Source of the DNA: a virus
Taxonomy: Duplodnaviria; Caudoviricetes
Strand: one strand, 5' to 3'
Virus record (IMG/VR): IMGVR_UViG_3300031992_000028
DNA length: 64,000 nt
This document shows, piece by piece, positions 49,403-57,829 of the stretch (position 1 is its first letter; each line of letters opens with the position of its first letter). The notes beneath the pieces are model-generated. The model had not been told where the DNA came from. It saw only the letters and a list, made by a program, of their open reading frames with translations, and did not search any database. The position numbers and the translations under genes are program-made.

Positions 49403-49834
49403 ATGAACTTTAATGTTATAGACCAAGCGGTGAAGTTAGTAAGAGATAAATTCAAGATAGATTTTATCGTTAACAATTATACACTAGAGACAGACCCAGA
49501 AGAAGTAATGATGTTTGGTGATGGTAATAAGCTTAGACTTCATAGAGAGCCAGAGCTTAAGATGACAATCACTGTAGTAGAAGACTATACTTCTTGGACC
49601 GAGCATACAGATTTAGATTATGTAATATTCGGTAGTGATATACAAGACGGAAGCTTAGTAGACGAAGTCATTGGTGGAAACATCAAAGGTTATGACTTAG
49701 CTATGAGGCAAGCTCTGAGACTCGCCTTCATCATATATAATGGAATCCAATATGGTGTAAAGAGAGAGCAACGAAAAGATTATATAGACAAAGGTTGGCA
49801 CCCAAGAGTGGTAAGTGTAAGAATGAGATACTAA
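49403..49834 (+). CDS. LRIAY-family paralogue 12, 143 aa
   Basis: DQAVKLVRDK...QALRLAFIIY; TATAAT 49390-49395, no SD. Confidence 0.7.
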   Translation: MNFNVIDQAVKLVRDKFKIDFIVNNYTLETDPEEVMMFGDGNKLRLHREPELKMTITVVEDYTSWTEHTDLDYVIFGSDIQDGSLVDEVIGGNIKGYDLAMRQALRLAFIIYNGIQYGVKREQRKDYIDKGWHPRVVSVRMRY

Positions 49835-49853
49835 AAAATATCTCATTTTTTTA

Positions 49854-49882
49854 TTTACTTTTAAAGGCAACTATGGTATAAT
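49854..49882 (+). promoter_or_regulatory. Sigma70-type promoter
   Basis: TTTACT-17-TATAAT with TG. Confidence 0.75.
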
Positions 49883-49890
49883 ATAAATGT

Positions 49891-50955
49891 ATGAGTAAGA
49901 TTATCGGAACTTGTTTAGGAGAATATGTAAAAGAAGAAGATGTTTTTTATGATCCTCTAACTGACATATATAAGATAAAGGCTGGAGATAGACTAGTGGA
50001 AATTGATGGCCACGCTTTGCAGTCTGAGAGTCTAAGAACTTTACAGGAAGCCTTAAGTAATGTAGACGACGAAAACATTAAGATAGATATGTTAGGCAGT
50101 TGGGCTAAGGCGAGAAGTAATCCGACATATATAGATTCAAACTCTACATTCATCGATACTCAGGTTCCTTATACAGCGAAAGAGATAACTGACAAACTAC
50201 AAGAAGCGGTGAGCAACTTGAGTAGCAAAACATCGGCTGCGGGGCTGGCTGCAGGAGCGCCTTTTGACAGTCAGAGCCAAGACCCCTTGCGTGCGCGCGT
50301 TGAAGCAGCCGGAGCTTATGTCAGACCAGCAGACCCAGGAAGCTGGAGCGTCCGCTTCACCGACAAAGCCGCCGAGAAGCTTAGGGCGAACAGCGTTTAT
50401 GGCCTCGGAAGCGCACAAGCCCACACCTCGGCGCCCTGGGACGATCCGCTAGCTGCCGACTTGACGAAAGCTCAGAATACTGTAGCTTGTATAGATATGC
50501 CAGACTATAGACCAGACTATAACCCTAATGCGAGAGTTGATATATATTATCATGATAGATTTCCTTCTATACCATTTAAGTCTATTATAGAGGACGCGAT
50601 TGAATTACTAAATAAAAATAAAAATTTACATATATCTAAAATTTCTTTACATAATGAAAAATTTAGTAACTATGATATATCTCTTACATTCTCGGCCGAT
50701 CATCCGACATCCCCAGGACTTAGAAAAGTTTTAGAAGTATTATTTACACATACGGCGTTCGACCGAGCTTACAAAACAGACTTAGATAAGAATGCAGGAC
50801 TTAGAGCAAAGCTTGATACAAATACTTATATGAAACTTAGAATTGCTTTCTTACTATATGAGGCTCTGAAACTTAATGATGCAGACGCCAAAAAGATACA
50901 CTTAGACATCTTTAGAATATTTGCAAGCGACACAAGACCAAATTTCCATATTTAA
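49891..50955 (+). CDS. 354-aa protein with a C-terminal LRIAY-family domain (paralogue 13)
   Basis: EDAIELLNKNKNLHI...MKLRIAFLLY; GC-rich central segment. Confidence 0.7.
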   Translation: MSKIIGTCLGEYVKEEDVFYDPLTDIYKIKAGDRLVEIDGHALQSESLRTLQEALSNVDDENIKIDMLGSWAKARSNPTYIDSNSTFIDTQVPYTAKEITDKLQEAVSNLSSKTSAAGLAAGAPFDSQSQDPLRARVEAAGAYVRPADPGSWSVRFTDKAAEKLRANSVYGLGSAQAHTSAPWDDPLAADLTKAQNTVACIDMPDYRPDYNPNARVDIYYHDRFPSIPFKSIIEDAIELLNKNKNLHISKISLHNEKFSNYDISLTFSADHPTSPGLRKVLEVLFTHTAFDRAYKTDLDKNAGLRAKLDTNTYMKLRIAFLLYEALKLNDADAKKIHLDIFRIFASDTRPNFHI

Positions 50956-50992
50956 AACTTATTTAAGGCCGTCACAACAAACAAAACAGCAT

Positions 50993-51024
50993 AAGCCAGG
51001 ATAAAATTATATCTTGGCTTTTTT
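50993..51024 (+). terminator. Intrinsic terminator
   Basis: aagccaggat/atcttggctt plus T-tract. Confidence 0.75.
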
Positions 51025-51056
51025 CGTGCCCCAAAACGCCCCGTTTTGCTTTTTGC

Positions 51057-51206
51057 CCGAAATTGGTACGTTTTCGTTTTTTAGCTTTTCTGAATTTGCC
51101 CCGTTTTCGTTACTGGCCAGATCCGCGATCCAGGGCGTCCGAAATTAGTACGTTTTCAAAAACCGAAATCACCCCAGTTTCAAAAAGCCGAAATCAGTAC
51201 GTTTTC
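51057..51206. repeat. Three 19-bp direct repeats CCGAAATYRGTACGTTTTC plus a partial copy
   Basis: Copies at 51057, 51139, 51188; partial at 51163. Confidence 0.8.
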
Positions 51207-51327
51207 AAAATAGCCAATTTGGGGCGATTTCGTTTTGGGGCAGATAAAATACCTACTTAATATAAAAAGTGTCACAGAATGCGTTTGTGACATGTCTGTG
51301 ACTATTCTAAGCTTTTGCCATATAACT

Positions 51328-51616
51328 AAAAGAAAAGCGACGACTCAGAGCCTGGATTTAAGAGAGAGGTGATGGCTCGTTGTGTGTCGTCGCCGGCTAA
51401 GAGGACATTGTGGGTGACCGGTTAGCCTTGAAAGGAGGTAATTGTCATAAGGGGATTTGACTCGCTAAACTGCCCGAAACCTAATGACTTGATTCTGTTT
51501 GTGATTCTGTTTAAATTACGTATCGTTAGTTTTTTTGACACTCTATTGATTACCTATCGTTATACGTATCGTCTGAGGCATTCCTTTTCATTATTGGCAG
51601 TTTTTCGGTTGCCTCA
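51328..51616 (-). ncRNA. Candidate ~290-nt minus-strand sRNA with several anti-SD loops
   Basis: Minus-strand TTGTATAAT (-10 at 51628-51623); stems ggctaa/ttagcc, gagcc/ggctc and terminator gcgacgac/gtcgtcgc with U-tract on the minus strand; only tiny ORFs. Confidence 0.6.
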
Positions 51617-51914
51617 TACTATATTATACAACTAAAAATTATTTTTTAACAACTTTTTTCAAATTTAGGCAATTTCAGCTTCACATGTGTGCGTGTGTGG
51701 CGGCGCGCCAGTATTCTTAAACGTTAGAAGAATACCGCGCGTGGCCATGTGCGTGCGTATACACCAAAGCTTTCAAACTAAGGCAATTTCAAATTGAGCT
51801 GATTTCAAACGCAGGTCGACTTTAGCTTATATATTTTTTTATTTAAATAAAATAAATATATAAGTTAAAAAGTGCTCAAAGTGGGTTAATTTGTAAAAAA
51901 AGTTAAAAAAACTA

Positions 51915-51954
51915 TTTACAGCTATTTACTTTTGTGCTATAATATTGTTATAAT
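51915..51954 (+). promoter_or_regulatory. Tandem sigma70-type promoters
   Basis: TTTACA-17-TATAAT and TTTACT-18-TATAAT. Confidence 0.6.
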
Positions 51955-52116
51955 GGGGAGTGTTTTTTTATAAAAAAATAAAAAAGCCCTTAAATTAGCA
52001 TAGTTCAGGCTGTATAATATAATAGGGAATAAAATGAAATTGTTCCAATTTCATTTATGTGTGCGCAAGCACACACGTGTAATACTAAAAAAATTCATTA
52101 CTAAATCAGGGTGTTT

Positions 52117-52171
52117 TTAATAATTTAATAAATTAATAATTTAATGATTTAATGTTTTAATAAATTATTAA
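52117..52171. repeat. AT-rich 8-bp-period repeat (inverse of 54463-54533)
   Basis: ttaataat/ttaatgat units. Confidence 0.65.
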
Positions 52172-52347
52172 CACATAAATATATGTACATGAATTATCTA
52201 TATTAATTCTTAGCTAATATCATATAGCTATAGTAGCATAGCTTATAATAATAGCTTATATATAAGCTTTTGGCGCCCGCACACATATGTACATGCGTAC
52301 AGTAAGTACGGAATTAAAGTAGTTTCAAATTGAGGAGATTTCAAAAC

Positions 52348-52653
52348 ATGGCGAATCCAGAACAAAAGAAGTGACCAGTCATCACTTGTCCACATTGCGG
52401 TTATCAATATGCCCCAGCAGAGATATTCATGCCAGGAGATCTGATTGGCAATCCAGAACAAGTTGTTAGAGATGCACTTGGCAAAATCATCTACCAAGAG
52501 TATGATGAAGATAGTGAACCAGCACAAGTTGGGCACTACATCTGCGACGAGTGTGGAAAACCATTCATCGTAGAGCCAGTAATTACATATAAAGTTAAGA
52601 AAGAAGATGAGGCTAAAGATTTCAGTGACCTTTCAGCCAGCTTACTAGACTAA
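52348..52653 (+). CDS. Zn-ribbon protein, 101 aa
   Basis: GAGGAG RBS; TGA at codon 9; read-through supplies CPHC to pair with CDEC. Confidence 0.75.
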
Positions 52654-52679
52654 TTCCAAGTCAGGGAGATTTCAGATAA

Positions 52680-54395
52680 GTGATCTACATCAGAGAGATC
52701 GTTCCAAGAAAATTTTCCGGGCTAAGTTCATTCTTAGTCTCTTTTCAGTATGACCCAAAGATAGTGGAGGCAATCAAAACAGTTCCAGCTTACTACTATC
52801 ACAAGAAAGATTTGTGCTGAGAAATTCCAAGTGACTATCTTGCCACTCTTTTAGACACACTTACTTTCTTAGATAATATACAACTGATAATGCTTCCTGA
52901 AACTGAGGTAATTCCAAATCCAGGCGATTTCAGTTTGACCCAGGCGGAAATAGACCAACTTCACTTCAAGCCATTTCCACATCAAGTAGATGCGATCAAC
53001 TACGGCTTAAATCCGAAACACACTAAGTGGCTCTTATTAGACAGCATGGGTCTCGGCAAGACTTTAGAGATCATCGGATATGCGGAAACTCTAAAATCCA
53101 GGGGTCTTATCGATCATGCACTAATTATCTGCGGAGTAGATTCACTAAGACAGAACTGGAAATCCGAAATTGAGAAGTTTTCAAACTATGGTGTTAGAGT
53201 CTTAGGCGAATACATCACTAAGAATGGAACTATCAGATACAGAACTATTCCAGAAAGAGCTGCGGAGTTAAAAGAACCGATTTCAGAATTTTTCGTAGTA
53301 ATTAACGCTGCCACATTAAGACACGATGAAGTGATCGATGCTTTTAAGAAATCTAAGAACAAGTTTGGGTTGATTGCAGTAGATGAAGTGCATCGCTTTG
53401 CATCGTCAACATCGCAACAAGGTGACAATCTACTAAAACTAAAATCCGACTACAAGGTTGCAGCTACAGGTACACTTTTACTAAATTCACCAATCAGCTG
53501 TTATGTACCTCTAGTGTGGACTGAGAACGATCACAGCATCTTGACGAACTTCAAAGCTCAGTACTGTAAATTCGGCGGTTTTGGTGATAAACAGATCGTT
53601 GGATATAAGAATTTAGAGACACTAAGAGAAGAAATTAACTCATGTATGATCCGAAGAACGCTGGATCAAGTGCGAGACGACATGCCACTAAAGAACATTA
53701 CTTACCAGATAGTAGAAATGTCTGATCAACATCGTAAGTTTTATGATGCTATAGTGGACGGTGTAAAATCAGAAGCTGATAAGATCAAGCTCAACACATC
53801 GAACTTACTTGCGTTAACTACCAGACTTCGCCAGGCTACAGCATGTCCTAGTGTGCTTACCACTCAGAACATCGTAAGCTCTAAGGTCGAAAGAGCTGCG
53901 GAAATAGCTACAGATCTACTAGAGTCAGGCGAGAAAGTTGTAGTGTTTAGCATGTTCAAGGAATCTGTACAGGCTTTAGCTACGATGCTAGCACAGTACA
54001 AGCCGCTAATCTGTACAGGTGATTATACTGAACAGCAGATCAAGTCTAGTGTGGAAGCTTTCCAAAATGATCCGAATTCGAAATTACTGATCGGCACACA
54101 TCAGAAGATGGGCACTGGATTCACACTAAATTCCGCATCGTACTTGATCTGCATCGACACACCGTGGACTGATGCTTCACTGAGTCAGTCTACAGATCGT
54201 ATCTGGCGAATCACTAACAAGTATCCAGCATATGTTACCGTACTTACTTGCGCTGATACTATTGATGAACGTGTTAGAGAGATTGTTGAAACTAAGAAGG
54301 ATCTATCTGACTACATGATCGACGGCGTAGAAAATGAGCTCGCAGTTAGTGAACAGCTTTCGAATGAGATGCGCAGAATCATTCAGAACCTTTAG
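52680..54395 (+). CDS. SNF2-family helicase with N-terminal HARP-like domain, 571 aa
   Basis: DSMGLGKT, VDEVH, ATGT, GTGFTL, QSTDRIWR; GTG start with GGGAG RBS; FQYDPKIVEAIK...WEIP (W=TGA). Confidence 0.85.
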
Positions 54396-54462
54396 TGAAT
54401 CTATGTGCGCGATGGAGAGAAACGTACGTGCGTACGTATACATGCATATGCGCGTTTCTTTT

Positions 54463-54533
54463 TAATAAATTATTAAATCATTAAATTATTAAATTAATAA
54501 ATCATTAAATTATTAAATTAATAAATTATTAAA
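54463..54533. repeat. AT-rich 8-bp-period repeat
   Basis: ttaaatta/ttaaatca/ataaatta units. Confidence 0.75.
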
Positions 54534-54588
54534 AATATTGTTTACTTGTCATGCAAATCGCGTTATAATATTATAGAGAGGTAAAGTT

Positions 54589-55167
54589 ATGGGAAGAGAT
54601 ACATTAAAAGTTATGGGTGCTTCAAACCACTGTGATGAAGAACGTTCTAAGTTAGATTACTATGGAACTGACCCTCGTTCAACTAAAGCTTTATTAGCAG
54701 TAGAACAATTCGACCACGAAATTTGGGAACCATGTGCTGGACACCACTTAATGGTTAATACACTTATCGAAGCAGGATATCATGTGTTAGCTACTGACAT
54801 CGCAGAATATGATGGTGTTCAACATGCTAAGATGAATTTCCTAGACGTTGAAGGAAGTTGGGATGGAGATATCATTACTAACCCACCATATGGACTATCA
54901 ACTGAATTTGCAGTTAAAGCATTAGAGTTGGTAAAACCTGGACATAAAGTTGCGATGTTCCTACGAACCTTATTCTTAGAAGGAACAAAGAGATATGAGA
55001 AACTCTTTAAGGAAAACCCACCAAAAACTGTTTATGTCTTCACAAATCGTCAGGTGTCTGATAAGAATGATGACTTCAACAAAGGTTCAGCAGTTAGTTA
55101 TTCCTGGTTTGTCTGGGAAAAAGGTTATACTGGACCAACACAAATAAAGTGGATAAGTTCTAAGTAA
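54589..55167 (+). CDS. Amino (N6-adenine-type) DNA methyltransferase, 192 aa
   Basis: WEPCAG (motif I) and IITNPPY (motif IV). Confidence 0.85.
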   Translation: MGRDTLKVMGASNHCDEERSKLDYYGTDPRSTKALLAVEQFDHEIWEPCAGHHLMVNTLIEAGYHVLATDIAEYDGVQHAKMNFLDVEGSWDGDIITNPPYGLSTEFAVKALELVKPGHKVAMFLRTLFLEGTKRYEKLFKENPPKTVYVFTNRQVSDKNDDFNKGSAVSYSWFVWEKGYTGPTQIKWISSK

Positions 55168-55218
55168 AATTAGAACTTTTTTATTTACTTTATCTATATT
55201 GTATGTTATAATATAGTT

Positions 55219-55392
55219 ATGAAACAGAAGATTAAGATTATTGACAAAGTTACTGGAAAGACTCTTGAAAAAGAAGTAGAAATTCGAAATCAAGATCATT
55301 TCAATGTGCAATTAAAAACTCGTGCACATATTTTTCGTAATCGTAAAAAATATAATCGTAAAATTAAACATAGACAGAAAGAAGAGGAATAA
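55219..55392 (+). CDS. Small basic protein resembling ArfA/BrfA-type ribosome rescue factors, 57 aa
   Basis: C-terminal RAHIFRNRKKYNRKIKH; ATG 6 nt after TATAAT (leaderless). Confidence 0.5.
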   Translation: MKQKIKIIDKVTGKTLEKEVEIRNQDHFNVQLKTRAHIFRNRKKYNRKIKHRQKEEE

Positions 55393-55395
55393 AAA

Positions 55396-55824
55396 ATGGA
55401 AATGGAACAAATTGATTTATCAGATCCAAAGAAATTTTTTGAAGAGCTTGTAAAGAAAGCATTAGAAGGTAAACAATCTAATTTCGAATTTATCAGAAGC
55501 TATGGTATGCTTTCTGTTGCAAGACTTTATAGAAAAGGAACCAAGAGGGTTGCAAAAGTATTTAAAAATTTATGTAAAGAAATTCTTGACAATTATTCTA
55601 AGTTAATTATTACAGATGAACAAAAAATTGATATGCTATTAGCCTATAAACAATTTGAGTCCTGTAGAGATTATTATTTAAAGGAATATGCAATCGCGAA
55701 AGATATGATTTCAGAATATCGAACATATGTATTTAGTGGTCATATACTTGAAATGCTCTCTGGTGGTTATAGGTCTGATTATGAGTGTGTAGATTATAGA
55801 AAACTACCTTGGAAACTATTTTAA
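55396..55824 (+). CDS. Hypothetical protein, 142 aa
   Basis: Intact ORF with GAGG RBS. Confidence 0.7.
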   Translation: MEMEQIDLSDPKKFFEELVKKALEGKQSNFEFIRSYGMLSVARLYRKGTKRVAKVFKNLCKEILDNYSKLIITDEQKIDMLLAYKQFESCRDYYLKEYAIAKDMISEYRTYVFSGHILEMLSGGYRSDYECVDYRKLPWKLF

Positions 55825-55836
55825 AGAGGAGGCTAT

Positions 55837-55989
55837 ATGGAAACAAAAATTTTAGAGCTTACTAAAGATGAAGCTGAGATGCTAGAATCTTATTTATTTA
55901 GAAAACAGATAAATTTAGAGAATGCAAATTTAACTGATTCGAAATGCTACCCACTAATTTGTAGTATCAGAGAAAAGTTAAAAAAGTAG
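55837..55989 (+). CDS. Hypothetical protein, 50 aa
   Basis: GAGGAGG RBS, ATG to TAG. Confidence 0.65.
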   Translation: METKILELTKDEAEMLESYLFRKQINLENANLTDSKCYPLICSIREKLKK

Positions 55990-56040
55990 TTTACATTTAC
56001 GCACTAATGTGTTATAATATTATTAGAGGAGAATAATAAT

Positions 56041-56250
56041 ATGAAAGTTCAAAGTTCAACAATTTCAGACATTGATAGAGAAGTAATTAAAGGCGAGTTA
56101 TTCTTAAAAGTTACATTTACAAATGGTAGAGAATATCTTTACGAAGGTGTGCCAGCAAATGTATATGAAGAATTCTTAACTTCAGAAAGTAAAGGCAAAT
56201 TCTTACACGAGAATATCGTTGGCCGATATAATTATTCAAGAATTAAATAA
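56041..56250 (+). CDS. KTSC-domain protein, 69 aa
   Basis: SSTI...LKVTFTNGREYLYEGVPANVYEEFLTSESKGKFLHENI. Confidence 0.9.
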   Translation: MKVQSSTISDIDREVIKGELFLKVTFTNGREYLYEGVPANVYEEFLTSESKGKFLHENIVGRYNYSRIK

Positions 56251-56337
56251 AAAAACTATTTACAAATAACCGAATTTGTGTTATAATAATAGTGTAAGGT
56301 GGAATGGCGACCACCTAAAAAAACGGAGGTAAACAAA

Positions 56338-56694
56338 ATGGCTAAAACTTACATGACTGGTTGGGGTATGCGTGGAGAGCGCACCGCAAGAGGCGGACGT
56401 GACGGAGTTCACTGTTCAGCACAATCTTATGACGGTTCAGTAATCGTCAGCAATCGCTATGTCAAAGATGACAATGGCAATGAACACTTAGAGATCAGAG
56501 TTGGAACAAACGACGGATCAAGTTGTTATTCTGATTGGAATTCACCAGATTTCATTGGAACTCTTGATGAATTCAAGGCACTCTTACAACTTCGTAAAGA
56601 CATTAAAGAAGGTAAAGTGTCTGTTGTTAGACATCGTGATCCTGATGGTTCAAAGAAACTTAAGAAACAAATGGCCTATTTAGGCATTAAATAA
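56338..56694 (+). CDS. Hypothetical early protein, 118 aa
   Basis: GGAGGT RBS and own promoter. Confidence 0.7.
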   Translation: MAKTYMTGWGMRGERTARGGRDGVHCSAQSYDGSVIVSNRYVKDDNGNEHLEIRVGTNDGSSCYSDWNSPDFIGTLDEFKALLQLRKDIKEGKVSVVRHRDPDGSKKLKKQMAYLGIK

Positions 56695-56712
56695 TGACAT
56701 CCTCTCTTTCTG

Positions 56713-56743
56713 AAAAGTTGGTCTGTAAAAAGATCAACTTTTT
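56713..56743 (+). terminator. Intrinsic terminator
   Basis: aaaagttggtct/agatcaactttt. Confidence 0.75.
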
Positions 56744-56794
56744 ATTTACTTTTTTTCAAAAACATGTTATAATAATAGTAGAGAGGTGAGAGAT

Positions 56795-57211
56795 ATGAAA
56801 GATAAAGAATTAGCAAAACAAGAATATCTTGAAATGATCAAGCAGTCCTGGACTTGGGCTAAACTTACAGAAGAGGAAAGAGAAAAGTTTTCTGAGCTAT
56901 TGGAACATCCTTGTTCAGCAGTAGTCATTAAAGGAAACTACGAACAACGTTGGGAAGCATGCGAAGCTTTATACCACACTTACTTAGAAGGGCTTGGATA
57001 TGACCCACTTGAGTGGAGAGAAGCTCAACCAACTGTTTCTACATTCTATGAGTTAAACTATAAGACTCATGGCGAACCAGTGCCACCACTTCAAATAACA
57101 AATGAAGTTCAAGCAAAGCGTTTGGCAAAAGCAGCAACCATTATGAATGGAAATACAAATGTTTCATTAACTAAAGTTGATTTAGTTACTACAAAAGTGA
57201 GGTTAGACTAA
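56795..57211 (+). CDS. Hypothetical early protein, 138 aa
   Basis: AGAGAGGTG RBS. Confidence 0.7.
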   Translation: MKDKELAKQEYLEMIKQSWTWAKLTEEEREKFSELLEHPCSAVVIKGNYEQRWEACEALYHTYLEGLGYDPLEWREAQPTVSTFYELNYKTHGEPVPPLQITNEVQAKRLAKAATIMNGNTNVSLTKVDLVTTKVRLD

Positions 57212-57213
57212 TT

Positions 57214-57744
57214 ATGTTAAAAGAATATAAAATTAAAGTAACTTCAGTAGATTACAGCATTACTTACGAAGACCTTAACTTCGACCCATTTGATTCTGTT
57301 TTCAATAGCGATGATGATATGGACGAAGCAGAGAGACAAGCTGATGAAGAAATTGCTAAGATTAAAGCAGAATTGCCACAAGAATTAGAATTGGAAATTA
57401 CTTGTGAACCAGAAGACCTTGAGGACGAAATAGCTGATGCCATTAGTGATGAGACTGGTTGGCTTAACAACTCATTTACTTATGAAATTATCAGTGAAGA
57501 AGATGCAGGAGGCCACTATAATGAAGATGGCTACTGGGTGGCTGATGATGATGACTATGAAGAAGATGAAGAAAGTGCATCAGACTTCTTTGAAAATATC
57601 GAAATTGAAGTGAAAGGTCATACAGTGTATTTGGCGCACGACGGTAGTAGTGGTTGTGAGTATGAGTTCAAGAGCAAAGATGAACTAAAACAAATCATTG
57701 CTGACTATGTTGCTGACGTAATTGACTACGATTACGAAGACTAA
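57214..57744 (+). CDS. Acidic hypothetical early protein, 176 aa
   Basis: Intact ORF; EIADAISDETGWL motif. Confidence 0.7.
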   Translation: MLKEYKIKVTSVDYSITYEDLNFDPFDSVFNSDDDMDEAERQADEEIAKIKAELPQELELEITCEPEDLEDEIADAISDETGWLNNSFTYEIISEEDAGGHYNEDGYWVADDDDYEEDEESASDFFENIEIEVKGHTVYLAHDGSSGCEYEFKSKDELKQIIADYVADVIDYDYED

Positions 57745-57829
57745 TAAAAAATTAAGTAAATTGTGTAAAAACAGTTTACTTTTTTTCATATTTGTGATAT
57801 AATAATAGTATAAGAGAGGTAATTAAAAT

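Noticed and set aside
51063-51260. 65-aa ORF in the non-coding hub
   Set aside because: No RBS; it is a translation of the direct repeats.
51361-51450. + strand mini-ORFs after the strong SD-like sequences
   Set aside because: Start codons are too close to the SD and the ORFs are only 2-17 codons; promoter and terminator polarity point to the minus strand.
1-54395. Mass pseudogenisation or sequencing error explaining the fragmented ORFs
   Set aside because: Every in-frame break is TGA, never TAA/TAG or an indel, and several fall on conserved Trp positions of essential genes.
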